Part shown: piece by piece, positions 29,510-40,291 of the stretch
Layout of the letters: each line of letters starts with the position of its first letter
How positions within the stretch are numbered: position 1 is the stretch's first letter
Assembly (NCBI GenBank): GCA_963827805.1
Contig: CAWHCC010000007.1
Location: 553,664-617,663 of the forward strand
From: an uncultured Chloroflexia bacterium
GTDB taxonomy: Bacteria; Chloroflexota; Anaerolineae; Anaerolineales; UBA11858
DNA length: 64,000 bases
Direction: 5' to 3'
The notes under the pieces: generated by a model
What the model was told of the DNA's origin: nothing
Databases searched by the model: none
Seen by the model: the letters and a program-made list of their open reading frames with translations, nothing else
Made by a program: the position numbers and the translations under genes

Positions 29510-30553
29510 CCGAATTACCATCAGATCCGCAACAAATCCGATTTGCAAATTACCGTTTAGATTATTTGATTGGCAGCGGTGGATTTGCGCGCGTTTACAA
29601 AGGTTGGGATGGTGAATCTGACACCCCCCTGGCAATAAAAATTGTTGATGCCAATTTCTCCGAGTCAGAATTTGCGTTGGCTACAGCTTTTTTGGAACAT
29701 ACCAGCACGCTAACATCCTGGCGTCATAAAAACATCATCAAAATTCATCGGGCTGGTTTCGATGATAATTACCTTTATTTGGTAATGGAGTATATCGATG
29801 GTACAGATTTAGGGGATGTTATTGAGCGCTATGGAGAGGATGGAGAGTTAATTCCCCACGATGATGTGATTCAGGTAGCCCGTTCGGTAGCCTTGGCCCT
29901 CGATTATGCACACCGTCGCAAAGTGCTTCATCTTGATATTAAGCCAAGTAATATTTTAATGGAGCGGAATGGCCGTATAATTTTGACTGATTTTAATCTG
30001 CCGATTGGGCGGAAAAAAGAAGAAGCCGGGGTTATATTTGGCAGCGCTCACTATATGGCTCCCGAACAATCCCAGGGAGCTGAAAAAGCTACTGAACTTT
30101 CCGACTTGTATTCTTTGGGTGTAATTCTCTATGAGATGCTGACAGGGACCGTGCCCTTTGATGATCCTTCAGCGGTTACCGTGGCTTTGCAGCATATAAA
30201 TTTAGCTCCTCCACCACCACGCAAGATTTAACCCCAATCTCAATCCCTCAACAGAAGTAGTCCTGTTGAAAGCACTCAGTAAAAATCCTAATGAACGCTA
30301 TCCAACAGGCGAACATTTGGTCAATGCCTTAGAGGATGCTTTGGCATTCCAGTTAACGACACCGGCTGATATTCGTTCTTTGCCGCCAGCACCTGCCGGT
30401 GTAGATATGCAGGTGCGACGTTTATCTCAAAAAGCGATTGTCGAACGGGCTATTACTCGCATGGAAGTACCTTCGAAAGTGACCGAACGAGATAAAATCA
30501 CCCGACAAACATTGGAGCGGGCCATCAACCTCTTGGCGAACTGGCAGAGTTGA
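29506..30553 (+). pseudogene. soluble Hanks-type Ser/Thr protein kinase; +1 frameshift inside the catalytic domain
   Basis: GSGGFARVY, AIKIV, HLDIKPSNIL, DFN, HYMAPE. ORF 29506-30231 stops at PPPPRKI and the kinase continues as NPNLNPSTEVVLLKALSKNPNERY in ORF 30266-30553. Deleting one T from the T3 run at 30227-30229 joins them. The start overlaps the upstream stop (ATGA). Confidence 0.8.
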
Positions 30554-30606
30554 ACCCAAAAATGGGGGGAATTTGTTTACTCAACAGATCGCTAAGGTCT
30601 AAGATT

Positions 30607-31563
30607 TTATGGGCTATCGATAACGGGAACCGGTACCAAAGCAGCGACAGACTTGAGAACCTCTACAGAGGTAGATTTATTCATCCAGTAATCGGGTTTT
30701 AAAATCAAACGATGGCTGAGTGCAGCTTCCAAAAATCCTTTAATATCATCAGGCAGCACAAAGGAGCGGCGATCTAATGCTGCCCGAGAGCGAGCCAGTT
30801 TTAGTAATGCCAATGATCCCCTAGGGCTGGAACCAACTAAAACCCGAGAGTCTTGCCGGGTTTCGTGAACCAGTTCTGCGATGTAACGTTCCATGTCGGG
30901 ATCAACAAAAACCTCCTCGAGGGTCCTGCGCATAGCAAGGAGTTCGTCTACATGGGTGACCTGATTAAGGTTGAACCCATCTTGTTTGCGGGCGCGCCGT
31001 CTGTGTAAGATTTCTTGTTCTTCGTCAAGGGAGGGGTAGCCGACTGCCAATTTGACCAGGAAGCGGTCAAGTTGTGCTTCCGGCAGGGGGAAGGTGCCCT
31101 CGTACTCAATTGGGTTTTGGGTTGCGATAACGATGAAGGGTTTTGGCAGCGGCATCGTTTCGCCTTCCAGGGTAACTTGCTGCTCTTGCATGGCTTCGAG
31201 CAATGCCGATTGTGTTTTTGGAGAAGCGCGATTGATTTCATCAGCCAGAATAATATTCGCAAAAATGGGTCCCTTATGTAGTTCGAATTTATTTGTGCTG
31301 CGGTTAAAAATATACCCCCCGGTAATATCACTCGGGAGCAGATCTGGTGTAAACTGGATGCGTTTGAAATCCAACCCGAGTGCGGTAGCAAAACTATTAG
31401 CAATTAATGTTTTCGCTAAGCCAGGATAATCTTCGAGCAGAATATGTCCTTCGGCCAAGATGGTGGCCATGATTTGCTCTAAGAGCTGCTCTTTTCCGAC
31501 AATAGCTTGTCCAACTTCAGCAATAATCCGTTGACTTGTTGCGGCTACTTCGTTGAAATCCAT
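30607..31563 (-). CDS. moxR: MoxR-family AAA+ ATPase
   Basis: 318 aa. Walker A variant PGLAKT, Walker B ILADEINRASPKTQSALLEAMQE, and the typical MoxR C-terminal lid. Confidence 0.9.
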   Translation of the reverse strand: MDFNEVAATSQRIIAEVGQAIVGKEQLLEQIMATILAEGHILLEDYPGLAKTLIANSFATALGLDFKRIQFTPDLLPSDITGGYIFNRSTNKFELHKGPIFANIILADEINRASPKTQSALLEAMQEQQVTLEGETMPLPKPFIVIATQNPIEYEGTFPLPEAQLDRFLVKLAVGYPSLDEEQEILHRRRARKQDGFNLNQVTHVDELLAMRRTLEEVFVDPDMERYIAELVHETRQDSRVLVGSSPRGSLALLKLARSRAALDRRSFVLPDDIKGFLEAALSHRLILKPDYWMNKSTSVEVLKSVAALVPVPVIDSP

Positions 31564-31925
31564 TTTTTATTCCCTCCAAAAAAATTATGAAAATACCATT
31601 TTACGCCTTATGTCAAATAGATTTTTAGCGCATTAGAAACTGAGTTGTTGCCAGAACGAGCGGGATTATCACTTTTTTAGATGTGATTTCGCCCGCAAAT
31701 CTATGGTTGTTGACTGAAAAACTCAGATTCTAACCGGCGATTTTTCATTTCAAATAGGGTGTATGTTACAAAATTTTAAATTAGCCCAATCAAAATTTGG
31801 CAAAGGTGTAATGTTTTACCTGAGCACAAATGATGGATCAGGTCGGTCCATTTTACACTGAAATGTGATCCTTACCCAAATATCGTAACTCTTATTATTT
31901 TCAAGGTCTTTGAGAATGTCCGTGA

Positions 31926-31969
31926 CAAAGCGAAAATGCGGGGTGTCGGCGCTTGGCGTCGACACCCCG
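31926..31969 (-). terminator. intrinsic terminator of the usp / Cys-rich protein operon
   Basis: 10-bp stem (CGGGGTGTCG / CGACACCCCG). On the minus strand it is followed by AUUUUCGCUUU. Confidence 0.55.
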
Positions 31970-32058
31970 GAGGTACAACCGAAAACAGCATTTCCTAGTG
32001 ACCCAATTTCCCCTCTCGATGATTACAACGTATCCTTCTGGTATGGCTTTTTAGCGGT

Positions 32059-32259
32059 TCAACTTACTGGATATATGGATTCTGTAGAATTCGTTGGTTT
32101 CCTATAATCTTCATCCCATTCCAATACTTTTCCACATCGGCACACAATCCCCAGAGCACAATCTTGACAGCAAAACACTTGTTGATTAATGATATAGGGA
32201 CGATACAAAATTTCTGTTCCACAGCCAGCGCACCAGATCGTATTCTCAAAATCTGACAT
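32059..32259 (-). CDS. small Cys-rich protein, bacterial metallothionein (SmtA/BmtA)-like
   Basis: 66 aa from the internal ATG at 32259. It has 9 Cys. The CAGCGTEI ... VFCCQDCALG ... CRCG pattern resembles the SmtA YYCSEACADGH zinc-finger core. It is coupled to the upstream usp gene. Confidence 0.4.
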   Translation of the reverse strand: MSDFENTIWCAGCGTEILYRPYIINQQVFCCQDCALGIVCRCGKVLEWDEDYRKPTNSTESIYPVS

Positions 32260-32273
32260 GCTTAACTCCTTTC

Positions 32274-33176
32274 TCAGGTACTGCGGTTTTTGACGATTAG
32301 GATTGAACAATTGGCGTAATGAACGAGTTTGCGAGAAACGCTACCCAGCAACCAGCCTCTGACTTTGCTGAGACCGCGTGAACCCACAACGATTAGATTG
32401 ATCTTTTCTTGGTTGACATAATCAATGATTTCAGTGGCTGCATCCCCGCGCCTGAGCACACTTTTGATAGGACGATTGAGGTCTTCCAGAGTTGAGACCG
32501 CCTCCTGCAACAAAGTTTTGGCAAGTATCCCCTCTTCATGTGCTTGCCGGGCGAGTTGTTTTTGCATTTGTTCAGTGAGAATTGGAGGACTGTAATCTAA
32601 ACCAGAATGCCAACTCTGGCTGAACAAGTCCGGAGTCATTTCAGGTGGTAGTACGTTAATGACGTGGATATTAGCATCAGTTGGCCTGGGATATTCCAGT
32701 AAATACCGCTGGGTATAGCGGCTGTGTTCGGATCCGTCAATTGCGAGCAGAATATTGTCGATTTTCTGGTAGGGGGAGCGGACGACCAAAACCGGGCAGT
32801 CAGCATATTCAACCACTTGTTGAGCAACGCCCCCTAACAAAATCCCAAGGGTTGAGCGCAGCCCTCGAGCACCCACCACAATTAGGTCAGGTTGGTGTTC
32901 TTCTGCGAAAGCCACGATCTGCTCGGCAGGATCGCCGGTTAATAATCGGGTTTGGATTTTCTGGTGCTGGGTTTGAAGAAGCTCAAACTTTGTCTTTTTG
33001 AGAATATTTTCCAAGACCACGTAAAACTGTGCGTTGCGAGGAATTAATACCGAAACGATGCTGATCTGGCAATTCGAAGGCAACGGTAGATCTTGGATCA
33101 ACTGAACTGCTGCACTGGCGTGTTCCGATCCATCTACAGCCAGCAAAAGATGGCGAGGTGTTGGTTGAGGGTTCAT
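32274..33176 (-). CDS. tandem universal stress protein (two UspA domains)
   Basis: 300 aa with two repeats of the Usp pattern (LLAVDGSEHA ... VVGARGL..LLGGVAQQVV and LLAIDGSEHS ... VVGSRGL..LLGSVSRKLV). Confidence 0.85.
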   Translation of the reverse strand: MNPQPTPRHLLLAVDGSEHASAAVQLIQDLPLPSNCQISIVSVLIPRNAQFYVVLENILKKTKFELLQTQHQKIQTRLLTGDPAEQIVAFAEEHQPDLIVVGARGLRSTLGILLGGVAQQVVEYADCPVLVVRSPYQKIDNILLAIDGSEHSRYTQRYLLEYPRPTDANIHVINVLPPEMTPDLFSQSWHSGLDYSPPILTEQMQKQLARQAHEEGILAKTLLQEAVSTLEDLNRPIKSVLRRGDAATEIIDYVNQEKINLIVVGSRGLSKVRGWLLGSVSRKLVHYANCSILIVKNRST

Positions 33177-33386
33177 AACTACCTCCTTCTGGAAAATTTG
33201 TTTCGATGAAGGGGCAGCGGTGAAAAAAGGAAAACTTTGTGTAACTACTTTTGTATTATTACTGTAACAAATCAGGATTAGCTTTTCAAGCTAAAGGGGG
33301 AAAGTTTAAGATAGGTAAGTTGTCATAGCAGATCAATGTGGAAAATGCCAATATGATTATATTTTCTGGAATGGCAGAGATCAAGA

Positions 33387-33444
33387 TTGATATTTACTTT
33401 TGATTTTGGTATCATCCCAACGGCCTTACTGACCGGTCGGTAAG
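33387..33444 (+). promoter_or_regulatory. promoter plus near-perfect palindromic operator upstream of the membrane-protein / TetR operon
   Basis: TTGATA (33387-92), 17-nt spacer, TATCAT (33410-15), then the palindrome CTTACTGACCGGTCGGTAAG (33425-33444, one mismatched pair), about 10 nt downstream of the -10 element. Confidence 0.5.
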
Positions 33445-33468
33445 CAGTTAAAAATTGGAGGCGATACG

Positions 33469-34209
33469 ATGTCAGAATCAATGCGCATATGGATGGAAAT
33501 AATTTTCAATATTGTTTATCTGATTGTTATTTGGGGTTTGGTAATCGCGATGTCTAATCGCCGCCATTTGGTCAAGTCTGAAGATCAACGTGTTGCTGAT
33601 CTGGTGATGAAGGCATTTGCATTGCTGGCTTTGGGCGACACTGGTCATGTCGGTTTTCGAGTAGTGGCATATGCCCTGGGTGATTTAGAAGCCACAATCT
33701 CGATGGTAGGCATAGATATGGGATTGGTGGGTTTGGGGGCACTGGCGACTGCAATCACAGTAACCTTTTTCTATGTGATTGTGCTCATGATCTGGCACGA
33801 ACGTTACAAGAAACCATATGGATGGTTTGGTATTCTGTTGTTTGCAGCAGCAGTATTTCGTTTGCTGATCATGGTATTTCCGGCAAATGAGTGGAATAAT
33901 CTCGTACCACCCCAACCCTGGGGGCTGTTTCGTAATCTGCCGTTGATGCTGCAGGGATTAGGCGTTGCATATCTCATCTTGCGCGATTCCCGGGCAGCTA
34001 ATGACCGCCCCTTTATTTGGATTGGGGTTTGTATTTTAATTTCCTATGCCCTCTATATCCCCGTGATTTTATTCGTTCAACAAATTCCTTTAATCGGCAT
34101 GTTGATGATTCCTAAAACGATGGCGTATGTAGCGATCGCCTTTATCGCTTATAATGCATTTTATCGTTCACCCGAATTTGTCGGGGCCAAACCGCAGCCA
34201 GGTGATTAG
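33469..34209 (+). CDS. hypothetical polytopic membrane protein
   Basis: 246 aa with about 7 hydrophobic helices. GGAGG Shine-Dalgarno. Confidence 0.7.
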   Translation: MSESMRIWMEIIFNIVYLIVIWGLVIAMSNRRHLVKSEDQRVADLVMKAFALLALGDTGHVGFRVVAYALGDLEATISMVGIDMGLVGLGALATAITVTFFYVIVLMIWHERYKKPYGWFGILLFAAAVFRLLIMVFPANEWNNLVPPQPWGLFRNLPLMLQGLGVAYLILRDSRAANDRPFIWIGVCILISYALYIPVILFVQQIPLIGMLMIPKTMAYVAIAFIAYNAFYRSPEFVGAKPQPGD

Positions 34210-34234
34210 TATTTTCAAAATATAGGAGAAACTT

Positions 34235-34708
34235 ATGTACCCCTTTATTCTCGCAACACATAATATCATTCGCTGGGTTGTCGTGATCGCTGGCATCTTG
34301 GCGGTTGGTCGAGCTTTAGTTGGTTGGTTGGGCAAAAAAGAATGGATAAAACAAGACCGCATGTTGGGCATTATTTTTACCTCATCAGTAGATATTCAAT
34401 TGCTTTTAGGCCTTTTGCTGTATTTTGTGTATAGCAGTTGGGGTGTGAAAGCGATTCTCAATCAGGGAATGAGCTTTGTTATGGGCGAATCCGAATATCG
34501 TTTCTTTGCCATCGAACATGTTTTTTATATGGTGCTGGCATTGGTATTTGCTCACTTAGGAAGTGCGCTGCCCAAAAAAGTGGACAATGACCCTGCTAAA
34601 TTTAAACGCGCTGCCCTTTGGTTTAGTTTTGCTTTACTATTAAATCTTGGCAGGTATCCCTTGGGGGCGGTCACTACTCCCAGGATTTTAATTTCTGTGG
34701 AATGGTAA
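34235..34708 (+). CDS. hypothetical membrane protein
   Basis: 157 aa with 4 hydrophobic segments. AGGAG Shine-Dalgarno. Confidence 0.7.
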   Translation: MYPFILATHNIIRWVVVIAGILAVGRALVGWLGKKEWIKQDRMLGIIFTSSVDIQLLLGLLLYFVYSSWGVKAILNQGMSFVMGESEYRFFAIEHVFYMVLALVFAHLGSALPKKVDNDPAKFKRAALWFSFALLLNLGRYPLGAVTTPRILISVEW

Positions 34709-35281
34709 TTGATCTTGAGAGAGCAGATCCTTTCTTCAGCTGCTCTGCTTTTCATCGAGCAGGGTTATCATGGCCTTTCTATGCGGCAAATTGCCGAATC
34801 CGTAGGAGTCACGAAAGCTGCCCTCTACTATCATTTTAAAGATAAGGAAGCATTATTCCTGGCGATCCTCGAAGAATATTTGGAAAAACTCGAAGCCCTG
34901 ATCGTGGCAATCCAGGAAGATGAAAATTCTTATACTGAGAAAATAAATTTACTGGTGAAACGTATTCTCAGCCAACCGGTTGATCAGCGTACAGTAATTC
35001 GTTTGGCCAGCCAAGAGATGGCGCATCTTAGTCTTGAAACTCGTCAGGCCTTTGGAGATGTTTATCATGCTCGTTTTATCGGCCGTGTGCAGACTTAGCT
35101 CGAGGATGGTATGGAAACTGGGGAGTTTGCTTTCATCGATTTAAAAGTGGCAACTTGATCTCTACTGGGGATGATGTATCCGTATTTTTACCCTGTTCAT
35201 TCCGCGGAAGTTTCACTTTCGGATGAAGCTGTTGATCAGTTAGTAAGTATTTTCTTGAATGGGATCGCGATCGCCCCCTAG
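34709..35281 (+). pseudogene. TetR-family transcriptional regulator with two in-frame stops
   Basis: N-terminal HTH: [39 protein letters not shown]. The same frame continues through TAG (35096-98) and TGA (35156-58) to a TAG at 35279-81 and encodes a normal TetR C-terminal domain (LEDGMETGEF...SLLGMMYPYF). Confidence 0.75.
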
Positions 35282-35365
35282 GATGAAGTTCGCTTTAAAA
35301 TTAGGAAATTTTTGATGGCCGTTACCTGCAAAGTGACGGTCATCAAACTTATTGGGATCGATTTT

Positions 35366-36317
35366 ATGAGTGCAATTGCAGGAACAGCACAAGAAAATAC
35401 GTCAAAGGGATATTTGATCGCCATCGTTGGCGTGGCAATCTGGTCATTCACTGCCATCTTTATCCGTTACCTAAACGATGCGTTTGATATGCCTCCCATG
35501 GTAATCGCTTTTTGGCGAGATTTTTTTGTTGCCCTGGCATTATTGATCGTTTTCTTTTTTGCGAATCGGAAGCTCATCTCTCTGGAGAAGAAGCACTTAA
35601 AATTTATTATGGTTTACGGTTTTGTCTTGGCGATTTTCAATGCGCTTTGGACTGTTTCTGTCAAATTGAATGGTGCGGCCATTGCAACTGTATTGGTTTA
35701 TGGGTCAGCAGCTTTTACGGCAACTTATGAACGCTGGTTTCATCATAACCGTTTAGGGATATGGAAGACTTCAGCCATTATATTAAGTCTGCTGGGATGT
35801 GTTTTGGTTGCAGGAGCTTATGATCTAGCGAAATGGCAATTAAACCCCGTAGGAATTCTGGTGGGGTTACTGTCAGGAATAGCCTTCACAACGTATAGCC
35901 TGTTTGGGAAAAGAAGTTTAAACAAAGGGATAAATTCTTGGACCGCGCTGCTTTATTCATTTGCGATTGCCGCCGTATTTTTGTTATCTCTTAATTTTTT
36001 TCCTGACAACGCCACCAATTTATCGGTTATCGATCGCCTCTTCTGGTTAGGAGATTCCCTATGGGGATGGCTGGTACTGATCTTGTTGGCTGTTGGACCA
36101 TCCATCGGTGGATATGGCTTGTATAATCTGAGTATGAATTTCCTCTCAGCCAGCATCGCCAATCTGATCGCCACTTTAGAACCATCCATGACTGCCGCGT
36201 CTGGCGTATATTCTTCTTGGCGAACGTTTTACGCTGACTTAAATCTTGGGCAGCATTTTGATTTTGTGCGGTGTGTTTATTTTACGTTTACGCGAACGAA
36301 TCCGTAAACGAGTATAA
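35366..36317 (+). pseudogene. EamA/DMT-family transporter with a +1 frameshift and an in-frame TAA close together near the 3' end
   Basis: A 10-TM EamA-like sequence from the ATG at 35366. After EPSMTAA the family-typical C-terminus (LAYILLGERFTLT-TAA-ILGSILILCGVFILRLRERIR) is in the +1 frame. There is an extra base near 36200. The TAA at 36240-42 falls at the conserved Gln position. Confidence 0.7.
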
Positions 36318-36324
36318 TTTGCCT

Positions 36325-38034
36325 ATGGAAAGAACTGTTCCTCACACCGCCTCCGACGAAGTAGAATTATATCTACGAACATATTACTCCCTCTTACGCT
36401 CAACCTCTGATGTGCAAATATTGACCCTCGAAGAAGCGCATTCGGGGACCAATTCGCTTTTGCATCCTCGCGTGCGAGAACAAACTCCAGATATGTCGGC
36501 ATTTCTTTATAGTTTGCTGCGCCTACCGGAGTGTATCCACCAGGTAGATACCGTGATATTGGGGCAAAGTGCGGCAGTTTTTGTAAGAGGTGGTTTCCCG
36601 GATGTCGAAAATTGGCAGGCGGTTTCTGCACGGGCGCGCCGCCGGCATTGTTTCTTTGATGGCGATAATACGCTGGCCTGCGTGATTGCCAGCCAATCAG
36701 ATATTGATGATGTTATCCCCGCACTCACGGCTCTACAAATCGAGTGGGAAAAGCTGCACCACCGGATCCAGAATCTCCCCGAAACAATAAATTTAGAGAA
36801 TTTAGCAGACGGCAAATTTCCCCGCCAAAAATTAGCGGAAACCCTGGGTATCTCACTCGACGATATCTATCGACTGCAACAGGTTTGGAGCGCTGATTTT
36901 GGTGCAAATTTGAAAATTATTCGGGATCGGTTGCCGCGCTTCCAGGTTCGTTTACTTAATGGTTCACTCACTGAATATCGTCGAGCTACCCATGCCTGGT
37001 GGGATCATATTGAATCGTTTTGTCCCGAACTGCGGGATCGTCCTGTTTATTTTGTCTCCAGCAATACCCACAGTTTGGTGAACCTGATTTCGGGATTTGC
37101 TACTGAAAACCGAGAATTTTTATTACACTACCTCGAAAAAAGTGATGATATCGAGTTGCAGACGGAGTGGCATTATATTCAATCCAGTCAGGTGCCATCG
37201 AGGCAAGAAAACTTCCTCTACTATTTGCTCAAAAAGTATATGCAAACCCCCGAAGGGTATGGTTTTCGTGGGATTCGTCGAGAACATGAAAAAGAATGCG
37301 GTATTATCCGAGTCGATAGTGAACATTATTTTGATGTCGATGCTCAGATAATTGATCTGGCAAAGGTTCGACCAGAGTGGATGGATGCCCGACTTTGTCA
37401 GGGTGATTTTGAGTTTCTCTCTAAAAGCGATGCGCTGATCCTCAATATTGACTATCCCTTAGGAATGGCCGCTTACAATATCCTCAGCGAAATTGCTGAG
37501 CACGTTGGAGATGTTTTGGGTGTGTATATCTTGGGTAAGGCAGCCACCCTCAATGGGAAAATTGGGGATATTATGATCCCCAACGTTGTTTATGATGAAC
37601 ACTCCCACAACTCTTTCCTGGCACCCAATTGTTTTTCCGCCGCCGATGTAGCACCCTATTTAGTTTACGGCACCGTCCTCGATAACCAAAAAGCAGTTAC
37701 CGTTCTAGGTACTTTTTTACAAAACGCTCAATATATGGATGTTTTTTATCGTGAAGGTTACACCGATATCGAGATGGAGGCCGGACCTTACCTCTCGGCT
37801 GTTTATGAAATGTTTCGGCCGAAACGTCACCCTTACGATGAAATCATCAACTTTCACAATTTACCTTTTGACCTCGGCATAATGCACTATGCCTCTGATA
37901 CGCCTTTGAGCAAGGGCAAAAACCTTGGAGCCAGCACCCTTTCCTATTTTGGGATGGACCCCACCTATGCCACCTCTATTGCAACTTTGAGACGTATTCT
38001 GAAACTCGAAAACCAAAGAATCACCAATCAATAA
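36325..38034 (+). CDS. hypothetical protein with a C-terminal nucleoside-phosphorylase-superfamily (PNP/UDP-1-like) domain
   Basis: I used the ATG at 36325. The C-terminal third has [25 protein letters not shown] and [10 protein letters not shown], which resemble the AMP nucleosidase / PNP fold. I do not recognise the N-terminal 350 aa. Confidence 0.55.
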   Translation: MERTVPHTASDEVELYLRTYYSLLRSTSDVQILTLEEAHSGTNSLLHPRVREQTPDMSAFLYSLLRLPECIHQVDTVILGQSAAVFVRGGFPDVENWQAVSARARRRHCFFDGDNTLACVIASQSDIDDVIPALTALQIEWEKLHHRIQNLPETINLENLADGKFPRQKLAETLGISLDDIYRLQQVWSADFGANLKIIRDRLPRFQVRLLNGSLTEYRRATHAWWDHIESFCPELRDRPVYFVSSNTHSLVNLISGFATENREFLLHYLEKSDDIELQTEWHYIQSSQVPSRQENFLYYLLKKYMQTPEGYGFRGIRREHEKECGIIRVDSEHYFDVDAQIIDLAKVRPEWMDARLCQGDFEFLSKSDALILNIDYPLGMAAYNILSEIAEHVGDVLGVYILGKAATLNGKIGDIMIPNVVYDEHSHNSFLAPNCFSAADVAPYLVYGTVLDNQKAVTVLGTFLQNAQYMDVFYREGYTDIEMEAGPYLSAVYEMFRPKRHPYDEIINFHNLPFDLGIMHYASDTPLSKGKNLGASTLSYFGMDPTYATSIATLRRILKLENQRITNQ

Positions 38035-38062
38035 TTTCAATTCCCCAGTAAAAGGATTTCAT

Positions 38063-40291
38063 ATGTCAGTTGTTGGAAAATCTGCTACACGTGTTGATGC
38101 CTTGACGAAGGTGACCGGAGAAGCGCTTTATCCTGGTGATATCAATCTGCCCGACCAGGCCTATATGAAAATTCTCTTTGCCCGCAGGCCGCATGCGATT
38201 GTAGAGCAAATTGATACCGCCGCCGCAGAAGCAATTGAAGGCGTAATCGCTATTTTTGCAGCCAAAGATGTGCCGAATAACGAATACGGGCTGATCATGC
38301 CTGATCAACCGGTTTTATGCGGCCCCGGATCCAATAACCCCTTCGGGGATCGTGTTCGCTTTGTGGGGGACCAGGTAGCCCTGGTCGTTGCTGAAACGTC
38401 CCAAATTGCCGCTCAGGCCAGGGATTTGATCGAGGTTCGATATCGGGATTTGCCGGTTGTTACTGACCCCTTGATTGCTCGCCTGCCTGAAGCGGAGTTA
38501 TTGCATCCAGACCGCGATTCCAATGTATTTTGTCATTTTCGTGTCCGCAAAGGAGACCTCGAGGATGGTTTTGCCAATGCCGATGTCATAATCGAAGGTG
38601 AATATCGGACCCCTGCTCAGGAGCATGCTTACCTGCAACCTGAAGCTGGTGTTGGCTACATGGATGATGAAGGCCGCGTGACAGTTGAAGTTGCTGGTCA
38701 GTGGACCCACGAAGACCGCGAGCAGATTGCTCACTCTCTAGGTTTGCCCGAAGAGCAAGTCCGAGTCATTTATCCTGCCATCGGTGGTGCTTTCGGCGGC
38801 CGCGAAGATATGTCGGTGCAGATTGTATTAGCCTTAGCTGCCTGGCGTTTGCACCAGCGTGGCATTAATCGCCCTGTTAAGATTATTTGGAGTCGAGAAG
38901 AATTGATTATTGGCCATCACAAACGCCATCCTTACGTAATTCGTACCAAATGGGGGGCAACTAAAGAAGGCAAGATAACTGCTGCCCAAGTTGAACTGAT
39001 CGAAGATGGCGGGGCGTACGCCTATACTTCCACTAAAGTTTTAGGGAATGCCACCCTGATGTGCACCGGCCCTTACGAAATTCCTAACGTCAAAGTGGAT
39101 GCTTACGCTATCTATACCAATAATATTCCGGGAGGTGCCTTCCGAGGTTTTGGCGGCCCCCAAGGAGCTTTCGCAGCTGAAGGTCAAATAAATAAGCTGG
39201 CCGAAGCCCTCGGGCTTGATCCTGTTGAAATCCGCATGCGTAATATCGTCAAAGAAGGTTCGATATTGTCGGTTGGCAGTCCGCTTCCTACGGGTGTCAG
39301 CATGCCCCAGGTGGTAGAGAAATGTGCATTGCAAGGCGGATGGCGAAAGGATGAAGGCGGAAGGTGGATGGTGGGGACCTATCCTTCATCCTTCACCCCT
39401 CATCCTTCCGACCATCATTTGCAACGAGGAATCGGTTTCGCTTGTGGATTTAAGAATGTGGGCTTTTCTTTTGGGGCTCCTGAAAATTGTTGGGCCACGG
39501 TTGAATTGCATGGAACCGCAGAAATCGAATATGCTGTAGTGCGTCATGCGGCTGCTGAAGTTGGACAGGGAGCTCACACTGTCATCGCGCAAATGGCGGC
39601 TGAAGCCTTGGGTTTGCCATTGGAAAAAGTGCGCTTAGTTGTTTCAGATACCGCCACAACTGACAATTCTGGCAGTGTATCTGCATCTCGCATGACCTTT
39701 ATGGCGGGCAATGCGGTTCGTGGTGCGGCTGAGCGCGCACTACAAAAGTGGGGTGATGAAGAACGTCCGGCAATTTCTCGTTACCAGTATCGGCCTCCGG
39801 CCACGAGCCCCCTAGACCCGGAAACGGGTAAATCCGAACCCAATTTCGCCTACGGCTATGTGGCTCAGGCCATCGAAATCGAGGTGGATACCGAGACAGG
39901 TCACCTTCGTATTGTAGATGTGATTTCAACGAATGATGTCGGCAAGGCTGTCAACCCGCAGCAGGTGCAAGGTCAGATTGAAGGAGGTGTTGTTCAAGCG
40001 GCTGGCTATACTGTTTTAGAAAATTTCCAACAGGTGGGAGGGATGGTTCAATCTGATCAGCTCTCCACTTATCTGATCCCCACCGTTTTAGATATTCCCG
40101 ATCAGGTGCAGTCTCTTATATTGGAATACCCTGATCCAATTGGCCCTTTTGGCGCTCGCGGAATGGCTGAGATGCCATTTATCCCCGTGGCCCCAGCGGT
40201 CGCGGCAGCTCTCCACGATGCTACCGGTGTGTGGTTCGATGATTTTCCCCTTACGCCGGAGCGAATTTTACGTGGTCTGGGAAAAATCTAA
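38063..40291 (+). CDS. xanthine dehydrogenase / aldehyde oxidase family molybdopterin-binding large subunit
   Basis: 742 aa. a/b-hammerhead N-terminus, [12 protein letters not shown] and [14 protein letters not shown] motifs, and the C-terminal dimerisation region. Confidence 0.85.
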   Translation: MSVVGKSATRVDALTKVTGEALYPGDINLPDQAYMKILFARRPHAIVEQIDTAAAEAIEGVIAIFAAKDVPNNEYGLIMPDQPVLCGPGSNNPFGDRVRFVGDQVALVVAETSQIAAQARDLIEVRYRDLPVVTDPLIARLPEAELLHPDRDSNVFCHFRVRKGDLEDGFANADVIIEGEYRTPAQEHAYLQPEAGVGYMDDEGRVTVEVAGQWTHEDREQIAHSLGLPEEQVRVIYPAIGGAFGGREDMSVQIVLALAAWRLHQRGINRPVKIIWSREELIIGHHKRHPYVIRTKWGATKEGKITAAQVELIEDGGAYAYTSTKVLGNATLMCTGPYEIPNVKVDAYAIYTNNIPGGAFRGFGGPQGAFAAEGQINKLAEALGLDPVEIRMRNIVKEGSILSVGSPLPTGVSMPQVVEKCALQGGWRKDEGGRWMVGTYPSSFTPHPSDHHLQRGIGFACGFKNVGFSFGAPENCWATVELHGTAEIEYAVVRHAAAEVGQGAHTVIAQMAAEALGLPLEKVRLVVSDTATTDNSGSVSASRMTFMAGNAVRGAAERALQKWGDEERPAISRYQYRPPATSPLDPETGKSEPNFAYGYVAQAIEIEVDTETGHLRIVDVISTNDVGKAVNPQQVQGQIEGGVVQAAGYTVLENFQQVGGMVQSDQLSTYLIPTVLDIPDQVQSLILEYPDPIGPFGARGMAEMPFIPVAPAVAAALHDATGVWFDDFPLTPERILRGLGKI

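Noticed and set aside
31910-32107. 65-aa plus-strand ORF between moxR and the Cys-rich protein gene.
   Set aside because: It spans the usp-operon terminator hairpin and overlaps the 3' end of the minus-strand Cys-rich ORF. It has no ribosome-binding site.
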